Of a stretch of DNA of 64,000 nt, positions 25,761-37,938 are shown in pieces. The stretch spans positions 48,980,001-49,044,000 of the forward strand of contig NC_043001.1 in NCBI RefSeq assembly GCF_006345805.1, in the 5' to 3' direction. A model generated the notes under the pieces. It did not search any database, had not been told where the DNA came from, and was given only the letters and a program-made list of their open reading frames with translations. Every line of letters starts with the position of its first letter. The first letter of the stretch is position 1. Source of the stretch: Octopus sinensis (taxonomy: Eukaryota). Made by a program: the position numbers and the translations under genes.

Positions 25761-26160
25761 AATGTTTCAACCTGCTCTTGTACATATTGGTTGAGCTGAT
25801 TCATTTTTTAAAATTGTTTAATTAAGAGAATGAAATTAGTAGTGTAACATGGTCATGATGGTTGCTGTTTTGATGCATTTAAAATTTTTTAAAAAGATGT
25901 GCAAAAAATTATTAATTATATACCTCATTTATAAATTAATTCATGAGAGCATGCACACACAATGAGAATAGCTGACAATCAGTTGTCATGATGCAAAGCT
26001 CTGCACCACAAAAAGCAAAATCCCTTGAAAATCCACTGAAAAATTGTGCAACATCTAAATATAGTTAGCAGAAAACACATTCAAAAGCTTGTTCTCTAAT
26101 TATAGAAATGTCACTGGTGGTGGTGGTGGTGGTGGTGATGGCGGTGGCGGCGGCGGCGGC

Positions 26161-26195
<35 letters not shown>

Positions 26196-26225
26196 TTGTT
26201 GTTGTTGTTGCAGTTATTATTATTA

Positions 26226-28041
26226 CTAGCAGTATAACCCAGCCTTGCCCGGGATTAAGTTACGATTATTAAGCTAATCTAGTTCTTTATTTCAAACCAA
26301 ACTAAGTAATATCGACGTCAAATTTGGGCAAAATCCGTTGAAATTGATTATATTATATATATTATATATATTATATATATACTAGCAGTATCGCCCGGCG
26401 TTGCTCGGGTTTGTTTCGACCCGCTGGAATTGTAATTTTGAAAAGTAAAAATTTTGTGAACATTTTTCTGGTCGAAATACATCGAAAAGTGGTGACACAG
26501 CAGTGAAAAAATCGTAAAAAATAGGGATTTTCATAGAAAAAAGCATCTTTTTGATGTAAATAATTTTTGGTGTTAACATGGTCCGATTTGAATTTTATGT
26601 TCTACGGAAGGAAGAGCAACCCTTCTTCTACCATACTCTCAATTTTGGTCAACTTGCGCCGCAGGGTCTCGGAGGAGATAGTGTTAGTTGAAGGTTACCA
26701 TTCTAGGTGCCTGAGTAACAACCTCGCGGATTTACAGATAAATGAATTAATTACTATTTTACAGAATAAAATTAAATAATTCTTGAAAATTAATTAATAT
26801 TAATATTTTTTGAACAAAGTAAATAATTTTTAAAACTTAAATAATAATTTTTTTTACACAAACGCGAACGGGGAAAAGGGGGTGGCGAATTCGATTTACA
26901 TACCTAAATTTTTTCTTTTTCATGACATTGTAGCAAAATAGTAGTGAATTATATAAATACCAGCAGTACATTTTTTTTTCTGGGGTATTTTTTTTCAACC
27001 TCGTCACATATTTGCCCCTTTCAATTTAAACAAAGTCTTAATTAAGCAATTACGGCAGCTTAGCAATGGTTTCAATACAGGCGTGACATCTGTATCTCAA
27101 TTGTTCAAAACCCTTCGAATTTTTTCGCACGTGTTGATATCATAGTGAAAACTTTCAATTACGCGCGCTTAGAAGTACGCTCGCAAATTAATACTACCAA
27201 AATTTTGAAGTTCGCGCTCCGCTTGTGTGTGTGTGTGTGTGCGTGCTTTAGGTGTACGTAGGTATGTGTTTTTGTGTGTGTGTGTCACTGAAGCCATACA
27301 TACATATATACATACATAACCTCTCTCTCTCTTTTCTCTCTCAGTCACTCACTACAAAAAGTGAATAAAAAAAGTTCAGTTATTTCTGTCTTTCACTCTG
27401 TCTCTTTACACACACTAACAAAAGCACTTCACTTACACACCACACTTTCTGTGTCGCACAACCCATCAAACACACACACACACACACACTCACGCACGCA
27501 CACATGTACATCAATGCTTTCGGAGTGAAATGTTAAAATATTGAGTTTTCTCGAATTTTGTCTTAATTGGGGGTGAAATTGAAAGAAATATATTATGGCA
27601 TGACCGAATGGAGTACTTTGAAAAATCTTAGGTAAACTCTAATTGAAGAAATTGTGTGAGGAGTAAATCGTTATGTATTTATTTGTTTCTGTTTGCTGTG
27701 TTTTTTTTATTTTTTGAGTAGTGGTTTAAATACTTTCAGTTTAGTCTTCCTCAAATCACTCTGTCGCTATTTACTTTCATTTTATTCGTTGCACACTGTG
27801 TGTGTGCGTGTGCGTGTGGTGTAAACCACATTAAGAAAAGCATTTGACATACACACCAGAATGTGAGTTTTCTGTAAATTTTGCTTAATTGGAGTTTAAA
27901 TTTTAAAAACTGGACCTGGCATGACCCGATGCATTCTACTCTTAAAAATGCTAGGTAAATTGTAATTGAAGAAATCCTATATTGTAGATTTCTATAAGTT
28001 ACAAAGGGAGGCAGATAAAATCTGCCTTTTATAATAAGAGA
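26226..28041 (-). mobile_element. Non-autonomous Helitron containing a second Helitron 3' end
   Basis: Minus-strand 5' TC end at 28041 (TCTCTTATTATAAAAGGCAG), 3' hairpin plus CTAG at 26226; inner CTAG/hairpin end at 26382 belongs to the 14103 family. Confidence 0.7.
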
Positions 28042-29163
28042 TTATATATATTATATATATTATATATATATATATAATATAATAATATAATATAATATAA
28101 TATAATATAATATAAATATATCTGGGCAACAGACATGAATACATACACACACGTACGTACTTACACCTATTGCATGTTTTGTGCATGCATACATGTTCAT
28201 AAACAGAAATGAATGGAAACAATGTTGTTAAATTTGTAGATTTTCACTAAGAGAAAAAATTGTTTTTTTTTGCATGGAATCAACTACTCTGTAATCCTAA
28301 TATGCTACAAAACCCTTTTTGTGGTCCATGAAATGGAGTGGGGTGTGGTGGAAGCCTCGTGAATTATACCCATTTATATTGTGCAATTCACTTTGTTTCT
28401 TTGTTGTTAAATACATGGATTCTCAACAAAACCTTTTTTACTCGGCGTAAAATTAAAACAAAACTCTTTCGCACCCAAAGTAATGTGTGTGAGAGAGGAG
28501 GGGGAGAGAAAGATGTACGATTTAAAATAAATAAATGATTTAAAATAAATATATTGTAATTGTTGTGTGAGAAAGTATATATACTATGATTATAAAATAT
28601 AGTGTCTTTCAAAAATATTCTGAATTTGAACACTATATCTCATGTTTAAGAAAAAACAAAACATTTTACATTATATTTTTTATGAACGTCGTCACTTACT
28701 CTCTCACTCTCCCTCTCTCACTTTGTCTTTCCCGTGAATCTCTCTGCCTCCTTCTTCCACTTTTCTTTATCTTATTTTTTTTGTTAGACGATGTCAAAAA
28801 GCAATGGCTGAAAATAGATTTTTATGAATGTCGTCACTTACTCTTTCTCCCTCTCTCACTTTGTCTTTCCCGTGAAACTTTCTGTCCCTCTTCCACTTTT
28901 CTTTATCTTATTTTTTTTTTGTTAGATGCTGTCAAAAAGCTATGGCTGATATGTTTTATGGCTAAAAGCTACGGTTGAAAATAGAATTTTACCGCTATCC
29001 ACGGGTGCCTTGGGAAAAAAATAAGTTGACAAAACCCAGATAGGATGTTGACGAATGTCCTCCTAAAATTTGAGTGACATGCATGTTAATTTGTGGATGT
29101 GCATAAACTACAATCACGTACACACACACACATGCACACACATCTTGTCTTATATATATACAG

Positions 29164-29226
<63 letters not shown>

Positions 29227-29321
29227 ATTGTTAGTCAGAATGTTAAGAAATACTGCCACTGAAACTGAAACTCTTCTCTGTTAAATCTTTAACTAGTATT
29301 AGTATTTTTAATACATTTCAG

Positions 29322-29464
29322 GAGATATCTAAAAATGACGTCTTAGGAGATAGAGTGAAAAGGAGCTTTCATTTGATGCTGGATTTTTATGGCATGTCTA
29401 TGAATGATGACTGCCAGTTTGCGTTATCACATTCTTACAGTGATAGAATCAAAAATCTGAAAGA
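29322..29464 (+). CDS. OGFR: OGFr-like exon (EISKNDVLGDRVKRSFHLMLDFYGM...RIKNLK-E)
   Basis: TTTCAG| acceptor, GA|GTAAGT donor; LMLDFYG and RxxNL motifs. Confidence 0.92.
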
Positions 29465-30025
29465 GTAAGTTATTCAGGAAATATGTTATCTTTTAATGTT
29501 TGCTTGTTTCAGTCATTGGACTCCAGCCATACTGGAGCAACGTCTTGAGGAGATTTACTTGAACAAATCAACCCTTGTACTTAATTTCTAAGTCTGCTAT
29601 TTATTCTAGTGGTTTCTTTCGCTGAACCTGTTGTACAACTACTCGTTTACTCTTTTACTGATGATAGTGGATTATATATTACAATGTAATCTTTTATGAC
29701 TACTTCAGATAAAATTCTAACGAAACAGTTGTTATAAATTGTAATTGCCATTTATGTTTACTACTTTATTTTTTCTACCTCTTCTTAGTCTCATTGTTCT
29801 ATGTTTGAAAACCTCTATTTTAACCCCATGAGGGGAATAATTGATTGTGAGTTTAACATCTTGTTGCAAAAATTTTTTTATTATTAAATGTTTTGTCAGA
29901 GGATGAAGTGCAACAGCCATGATTCTTTTTTAGGGTATCCAATACTTCTTAGAAGGAAGGGAGGGATATATAAATAAAACCTTCGAACAGAGATTGTCAG
30001 AAGCGACACCTACTGGTCTGGCTAC

Positions 30026-30067
30026 GCTGCTTTGAAAAGGGGCAATACCCCGAAACGCGTCTGTAGC
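30026..30067 (+). ncRNA. Degenerate minimal hammerhead-like motif
   Basis: GCTGC-T-TTGAAAA-GGGG-caata-CCCC-GAAAC-GC-GT-C-T-GTAGC: 4-bp helix II, palindromic ACGCGT helix III, GUC site; core differs from CUGANGA at two positions. Confidence 0.45.
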
Positions 30068-31099
30068 TGCCGGTCAAGTAGTGTGGAGCGACTGACCTCC
30101 CTTGTTCAAAGGTTATATGGATACAGTTTGTGTATCAAATAGCTAACTTAAGGCGATGGCCTCATGGAGCTAATAAGCGGACAGCTTTATTCTTATTTTT
30201 ATAAGAATGCCATATTAGTATGGCGATAACTATTATTTTCCGGGAACGCTGCCGCTGTTCTCTTTTAGAGAGACTTAGTAATTTTAATATTTCTATTATA
30301 TATATATATATATATATATCTAATGTAGGATAAAATTTTTTCGGAAAAAAAATTCTATCAATGGCGAGCATATTAAAAAATACCTTTAAAGGTTAAATTA
30401 TAAACAACTTATAAATAAGGGCAAACGAAAAAATTTCTAATGCCAAATATACCAAAAATTGGACATATTGCCCATTTACCATATAATTTTTTTCCCCAGT
30501 ACGCACGGTACTTGAAAAAAGGCCGACAGAAATCTCTAAAAAATTCCATTATTACCATATCGGACCGATTTCAGGGTTAGTTAAAAAAGAACCCTCCCTT
30601 CGTCAGTGATACATGTGGCAAAGAAGTAAATGAGATACTTACTCATACCCATGGAAGAAGCAAACACTAAGTCATGAGCACATTTATAAGTTATATATAT
30701 ACACACATACATATTTATATATATATAGAGAGAGATAGAAATAGAGGGAGAGAAAGTATTTGTGCCTCTTTGTCTTGATATTGTATGAATGTTGTAATTA
30801 AATGTTATTCATTTTCAATATTTTGTGGTCACGAGGGAAAATATTACCTTACTTGGAGAAAAGTGACAGTTAGTGACAGGAAGGACATCCAGCCATAGAA
30901 AATCTACCTCAATAGACCTTATCTGACCCATTTACAAACATAGAAAAGTGCATGTTAAAATGATGATGATGAGGATTGACAACAATAAGGGCAACAACGA
31001 TGATGATGACAACATCCTATTTGTTTTGTATTTGAAACTGAAGTGTACTTTTTATATTTTCATAATTTAATAAACTTTCATTATTTGGTTTATTTCTAG

Positions 31100-31313
31100 A
31101 AGACATCATAATTTCTTGAGAATCACCAGAATCCTAATAGCCCTTGGAGAATTTGGTTTGAAGACAGAACAGAGAAACTGGTTAGATTTCCTGAAGCATA
31201 AAGTTGATAGTGGAATTCTTAAAGAAGCTGACTATTCTCTTAAAAATTTCTGGATTCCAGCTGTTCAAGAGTTTGAACTCAGTTCAAATTCTGAAAACAT
31301 TAATGAATTTTAG
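31100..31313 (+). CDS. OGFR: OGFr-like terminal exon (RHHNFLRITRILIALGEFG...ENINEF*)
   Basis: TTTCTAG| acceptor; HNxLRITRIL hallmark; stop TAG ends 31313. Confidence 0.92.
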
Positions 31314-31749
31314 ATGCAGTTTATTGTGATTTCTATAATTTTATATGTGCCTTATAATATTCAATAACTTCCTTTTTCACATATTAGTTTCAAATTTCGC
31401 CAGGTTCTGATTTAGATTTCATACCTCCCTGGGTCACATACTGCATATAAACTGAATCATCTGTTTCTTCCACCATACAATTTTTAGATCAGTACCAGAC
31501 CAGTTGTTCTGCAAATTTGGAACTGAAGGTGTCCCAGATTTCTGAATTTACTGCTTTTCTGGAAAAAGTCTAGTTAGCTCTGTACACTTAGTAAGTCTCT
31601 GAAGTCACATCAGACATAGCATTAAGATCATTGAGAAACCTGGGAGGTTGATTGGATCACCATTATGGAAGATGTACCCCTTCAACAATACCACATGCAC
31701 AAATAGGACTAGGAATGTAGCATAAGGTGGTGCATGGAAGGGGTTTTTA

Positions 31750-31825
31750 AGGACAGGAACATGGCATACATTGGGAAGACTCCTACAACTTTAACAGAGA
31801 GGCTAAACGAACACTGGCGAGAGTA
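31750..31825 (+). mobile_element. GIY-YIG endonuclease fragment (PLE-like)
   Basis: Translates MAYIGKTPTTLTERLNEHW, matching YIGxTxxxLxxRxxEH. Confidence 0.5.
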
Positions 31826-32254
31826 TCATCATCATCATCATCATCGTTTAACATCCATTTTCCATGCTAGCATGGGTTGGACGGTTCAACTGGGGTCTGG
31901 GAAGCCAGAAGGCTGCGCCAGGCCCAGTCTGATCTGGCAGTGTTTCTACAGCTGGATGCCCTTCCTAACGCAGATGGGAAACAGTTTTCCATATTCTATC
32001 AGCATGCCAAAGACCAACATGGCAGCATGCAAGACCAAAATGACATTTGAATTTTGTCCAAATACCCAAGGGATTGGTCACTTAGACAAGTACAAGAATA
32101 TGTCTTCATAAATGAAACATTACTCATATTGACCTCAATGCCATGGATACCACTCATGCAGTGTACATGCATATGTGTATCTGTGTGGACGCCCACCTAC
32201 ATGCCTACTAGGCAGCATCATACTTAGACACATAGATAGATAGATAGATAGGTA

Positions 32255-32480
32255 GGTAGCTAGCAGAAATGTTAGCACGTCGGGCGAAATGCTTAGCAGT
32301 ATTTCGTCTGCCGTTACGTTGTGAGTTCAAGTTCCGCTGAAGTCGACTTTACCTTTCATCCTTTCGGGGTCGATAAATTAAGTACCAGTTACGCACTGGG
32401 GTCGATGTAATCGACTTAATACCTTTGTCTGTCCTTGTTTGTCCCCTCTATGTTTAGCCCCTTGTGGGTAATAAAGAAAT
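32255..32480 (+). mobile_element. SINE family B
   Basis: GCTAGCAGAAATGTTAGCACGTCGGGCG...CCCCTTGTGGGTAATAAAG. Confidence 0.8.
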
Positions 32481-33214
32481 AGGTAGGTAGTTAGGTAGGT
32501 AGGTAGGTAGGTAGGTAGGTAGGTAGGCAGGTAGGTAGGCAGGTAGACAGTCAGGTAAGCAAATAGGTGGGTAGATAGATAAATAAATAGGTTGGTATTT
32601 AGGTGATTAGATTAATTAAGTAAATTGTTAGTTAATTAGATAGGTTGTTTTGTATGTAGATAGTTATATAGGTAGGGAGACAGGCAAGTAGATAAATAGG
32701 TAGGTACATAGATAGTACAGACACATGCACGTACATGCACACATAAACATACCCACAAGGACATGAACATACGTACATACACACACATGCACAAGCACAC
32801 ATACACACACAGGTATGCACACACATGGCTGCAGGAATACACAGACATACACACAGTAACATACATATGCATGGAGATAATCACATACAAATACTTCTAC
32901 AATATACACACAAGCACACACACATATATATATATGTATATATATATATATGTGTGTGTGTATGTGTTTGTGTGTATGTGTGTGTGAGAGCTATCAATCT
33001 ATATATATGTGCGTGTATGATCGATCAGTCTACCTGCCTGCCTGCCTGCATGCCTACCTACCTACCTACCTACATACATACGTACGTACGTACATACATA
33101 CATATATACATACATTCATACATACATACATACATACATACATACATACATACATACATGCATACATACATACACATATATATATATATTCATATATTTG
33201 ATTCTATAACTATT

Positions 33215-34200
33215 TAGTTGTTGAAAATATGTATTTAATTATTAGATTATAACTGTACGTTATTTGTAAGATGTTACTTAGCCAACGAGATATATAGATC
33301 GTAAAATAGTTATAGGTTATACGTTTATAATTTGATTTTTAATCTTTAATTTTTTAATGTATTTGTTAAATATATTATATTAATATTTAATATTTATGTA
33401 AATAAAAATGGACTAATTTATTTATTTAATTTTCATTCTATGTCTATATATTTATTGATAGAGTAAATTTTAGATTTTAATTACTTTATTTGTTGATAAT
33501 AATTTAGTTATTATTTTTAAATATTTTATAATTATTAGATGTGAACTTTAATCTAAAAATATGAATAGTGATTATTTTGTTAAATAATTTGGTAATTATA
33601 TATTGGACTATAACTGAGTTAACAACATTTGTGAGTTTATTATGTCTTTTTAATAGCCATATTATATCTTAATAGATAAATACATATTTCTATTTAAAAA
33701 TAAATATTTAACATAATATATGGGTTTTATGACATAATCCTAATGTTTTAAGTTTCTAATTTAGATAATAGGGTTTTTTTTATAAAAAAATTATTATTTT
33801 TATTTATTTCTCAAAAAATATTGTTTAACTCTATTTGCTTATTTATTTAACTATTATCATTAACCTGAAGATTGACTATAATTTTAATTCAAATTTTCAA
33901 TTGAATTTAAACTTAATTGTAATTCGAATTTAATTATAGCCATGAAACGTACGTAGTGTTTTTACTTATTATATTATATTTATCTTTTTTATACTTTTTG
34001 GTTAATAATAATAATTAAAAAAAAAATTTCAAAATCTCAAAATATAAAAATTTAATAATATAAAAATTAAAAAATTAAAATTTTATATTTTATATATATA
34101 TATATATGATATATTGCATTAATTATATTTGTATGTTATTTATGTATTGGTTTATGTCTATCACTGCTTGAGTTGCCTAATAGTGGTTTTATCTCTAATT
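33215..34200 (+). pseudogene. Highly diverged mitochondrial LSU (rrnL/16S) rRNA-like segment, possible numt
   Basis: Extremely AT-rich, non-microsatellite; collinear degenerate landmarks of mt 16S at 33254-33273, 33534-33553, 33651-33660, 33856-33870 and 33899-33960 (by-eye comparison). Confidence 0.4.
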
Positions 34201-34210
34201 TAATTTATAT

Positions 34211-34947
34211 TGGTTGTATACTGTCAATCTAACATGAACATGACAGTAGGGGGTTACACCATCGCTGTTTAGCCCTAGGAAACATCGATGCTTTCTGATG
34301 GCTTCGACACATTTTTCCTGTGTCCTTATATACATTTACGAAGGGGAGACAAACACCCCCAGCAGCCAGGCCTGCATCTAGAGACACGCATGTTTCAGGA
34401 TCATTGTCCATAATCAGTCTAGAGTAGCAGACGCCTGCCAGCCGAGAATATCTGCCCCGATTCGCAAATGTATATATCTAATTTTCAGTGAAGTTTATTC
34501 ACTGATTATCAAAATCAGAAATATTAAATTTCTAAATCTCTCATAGAGATATGTACGGTAGTGGGGCGATAGAATGGTTGTATACTGTCAATCTAACGTG
34601 AACGTGACAGTAGGAAGCATCGATATATACATTTGCGAATCGGGGCAGATATCAACAGCTGGCGGGCGTCTGCTACTCTAGACCAATGATGGACAATGAT
34701 CCTGAAACATGCATGTCTCTAGATGCAGGCCTGGCTGCTGGGGGTGTTTGTCTCCCCTTTGTAAATGTATATAAGGACACAGGAAAAATGTGTCGAAGCC
34801 AGCAGGAAGCGTTGATGCTTCCTAGGGCTAAACAGCGGTGGTGTAACCCCCTACTGTCACGTTCATGTTAGATTGACAGTATACAACCATACTATCGCCC
34901 TACCACTGTACATATCTCTATGAGAGATTTAGAAATTTAATATTTCT
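34211..34947. repeat. Compound inverted repeat
   Basis: 34211-34478 is inverted at 34622-34889; 34517-34614 is inverted at ~34850-34947; small hairpin TCAGTGAA/TTCACTGA at ~34485-34505. Confidence 0.9.
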
Positions 34948-35024
34948 TAATTTATATTTATACTGTGAAATTTGATTTAATCCTAAATCTCATTTTTCCC
35001 TGTAAGTTTGGATATAATCCCAAA

Positions 35025-35091
<67 letters not shown>

Positions 35092-35100
35092 TATATATAA

Positions 35101-35479
35101 CATGGAAAAATACAAGCATAAAAAGTAATATTCTTAAGATTATAAACCTGGAAAAGTACAGGATGTTATTACACCTGTAAAAGTATAATTCAATCACAAC
35201 ATATATTTAAATTAAACATGAAAAAAATTGAAATATCATCTCTTGGAAATTATTAAAAATTGAAATTATTATCATCACATGGAAAAATTGAAATATTATC
35301 TTTCAATATTTTATAAGGTAAAATCTTAAATTATTAATTGACATATTATTAATTATCTTATAACAGCAATGCCTGGAAAATCATGGATTACATGGAAAAA
35401 TGCGAGTATGAAAAGTAATATTCTTACAATTATAAATCTGGAAAAGTACAGGACAAGTTATTACACCTGTAAAAGTATA
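35101..35479 (+). repeat. ~88-bp imperfect direct repeats with CATGGAAAAA subrepeats
   Basis: CATGGAAAAAT...CACCTGTAAAAGTATA at 35101-35187 and 35391-35479. Confidence 0.7.
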
Positions 35480-35512
35480 GCACAAGCTATTACTTCTAGT
35501 AAAGAATAAGAA

Positions 35513-35772
35513 ACTTTTTACTTAAAATATTGCAGCAAAGAATGCCAGTTCTTCTAATTTATCACTCTTTATAGTTATCATGTTTTAAATTTATTGTACA
35601 AAACTGTTCAGCTAATTTGTAAGTTTGTCTAATTAGTCACTTTTTTTCTGTATTTAAGGTAGTAAATTAGCCAAATTCTACTTAAGTAAGTATAGTGTTA
35701 TTTGTAAACTATAATAAAATAAGTTTTAATATTCAAATTTTAATTTTAGCTGCAATATTTTAAGTAAAAAGT
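35513..35772. mobile_element. AT-rich MITE-like element with perfect 24-bp inverted repeats
   Basis: ACTTTTTACTTAAAATATTGCAGC (35513-35536) / GCTGCAATATTTTAAGTAAAAAGT (35749-35772). Confidence 0.6.
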
Positions 35773-35824
35773 CCATATTCTGTTCAATGCACTTTTCTGT
35801 CTAGCTGAAAATATATCTATAGAA

Positions 35825-37640
35825 CTCGTGCCACCTCTAAATCCACATTGTGATTCTGGTTGAACCTCATCAGCAATGTGGAGATGCAATTTATCAAGTA
35901 TTATCTTACAAAGGATCTTTCCAGCCTGTTAACAGACGTCCTTTCCATCTTATAGAGTATCACGCCAATCCCGAGGAACCACTTTACTATGCCAAACTCT
36001 ATGATTACACCTGTCACCATTGTACAGAGATGTTCACCACCATATTGGTATATCTCTGCACCTAATCCATCCATACTAGGGGCCTTTTATTTGTTCAATT
36101 TCACAGTAGCCACTTTTATTGTAGCCAGGTTTGGAACCTCTGCTAAAAAATGTTTTGTTGGTATTTCAGAAATATTATCAAGAAGAGGGAGATCAACTTT
36201 GGTGGGTCTGTTGAGTAACTCATCAAAGTGCTCTTTCCATTTCCGAACAATATCTTTAGGATTTGTTAATACTTCTGTGCCATCTTTGCTATGAAATGGA
36301 GCAGCCATTGATGGAGTTGGACCATAATCTGGACCATAAAGTGAGAGTAAAGAAGTTTTGAATTGTTAGAATTTGAAGCTTCTTGGATTTCATCACATCT
36401 ATTACTCCACTAATTTTCCTGCATCATCCTCAGCTTCTTCTACACTGTTGCTTTTACTTCCTTAAAACTTGTAGCTGCTCTCCTGTTCATTGAAAGTTCA
36501 GTATTTATCAACATGTTGAATGCCTTTCGCTTCTCCTCTAAGATAATACCAATTTCTTTATCATTATTGTCGAACTAATCCTGGTGCTTTTTCACAACAA
36601 AACCAAGAGAGTTACTACAAATCTCACAGATTCTCTCTTTGAATGAATTCCAACTTCCATCACAAGATAAATGATTTATCTCCCTTACAAAATCACTGTG
36701 TACTGATGGTATCTTAAGTTTATTGATATTGATCCGTTTAGGTAGCTTGACATTGTTTGCTCTAACCTTAGGCTTGACAACAAAATTCACCTTAACACGC
36801 ACCTGTGGCCCATCTGGCACTTTGCACCACGTACAACTCGCATAATATCTAAGTCCTGAATATCACGTTTCCTAGGTGCCATTTTTTCAATCAAGTGTGC
36901 ATCCATGTCGTTTTATACTTATTTGTTATTTGAAACATTGTGTTCATGATACAAAGATCCATCTCTACACATATTTCTAATAGCAGTAAACCGTTACTGT
37001 TGGAACTCCCACCCCAAGCTAAAACACCCCAAGTCTCCCAATCTGCACCAGCGCAAGCATTAAAATCACCTAAAATGATGACTTTGTCATCAGGAGGGTA
37101 CTACGAATAATCTGTGTGACAGATAGAAGGCAAGGTTAGCATCTTCAGACGAATTCATAGTTGGAGCATACGTACTTATGAGTGTTGCATGGCGATCCTT
37201 TGTTAATGGAACTCCTAAAGACATCAAGCGATCAGAATGACAATATGGCAGCTCTTCAAGTTTCGAAACTAGAATGGTTTTAATTGCAAATCCCACTCCT
37301 GATTCTCTCTTACAGTACTCATCTTGACCATTCCAAAATAAATGATACCCAGCAGATTTCTCAACAAAATTCCCTTTTCTGTGAATTCTTTTCTCGGCTA
37401 ATGCAACAACGTCTATATAACTCTTTGTAACTCTTTGTAACTCTTTGTAACTCTTTTGTAACGTCATTGTAACTCTTTTGCACCAAGTGTGGATCATCTC
37501 TCCGGGCGAGATTTCAACATCCTAATTTCATAGGCTTGCACCTTAACCTGAATTTACTCATAGTTGCAGGATGACGACCGGACCCAGGCTGCGGTGCCCT
37601 GGGACACCTGCTGGGCCAGACCATAGAACAAAATGTTCCA
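35825..37640 (-). mobile_element. RTE-clade LINE, 5' part (UTR, APE endonuclease, start of RT), 3'-truncated
   Basis: GYHLFWNG..RESGVGFAIK..SDRLMSL..YAPTM (37090-37497); IVRKWKEHFDELLN (36087-36308); QPESQCGFRG near 35840. Confidence 0.85.
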
Positions 37641-37938
37641 GAGTACTTTTTGTCATTTACTTCAGTATCAGTATTGACTTCCGTTGTTTGATTGTTCCTT
37701 CTTAAGGTTCTGCATATACATGCAAGATATTCTTTTCCTTTTCCTATTCCTTTCAAGCAATATCTGTTCTTGACTCTTTTTAAAGCGAGGAAAAAGTTTT
37801 GCACAGAACTAATCCTACTTTCTGAACTACAAAGCATGATCCAAAGCATACATACATACCTACCTACATACATACATACAAATATACACATATATACAAA
37901 TTGATATGCAAGTATAGCTTTAAGCTATACACAAACAA

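Noticed and set aside
37575-37630. HDV-like ribozyme in the RTE 5' UTR
   Set aside because: Only nested hairpins found; the P1.1/P2 pseudoknot could not be built.
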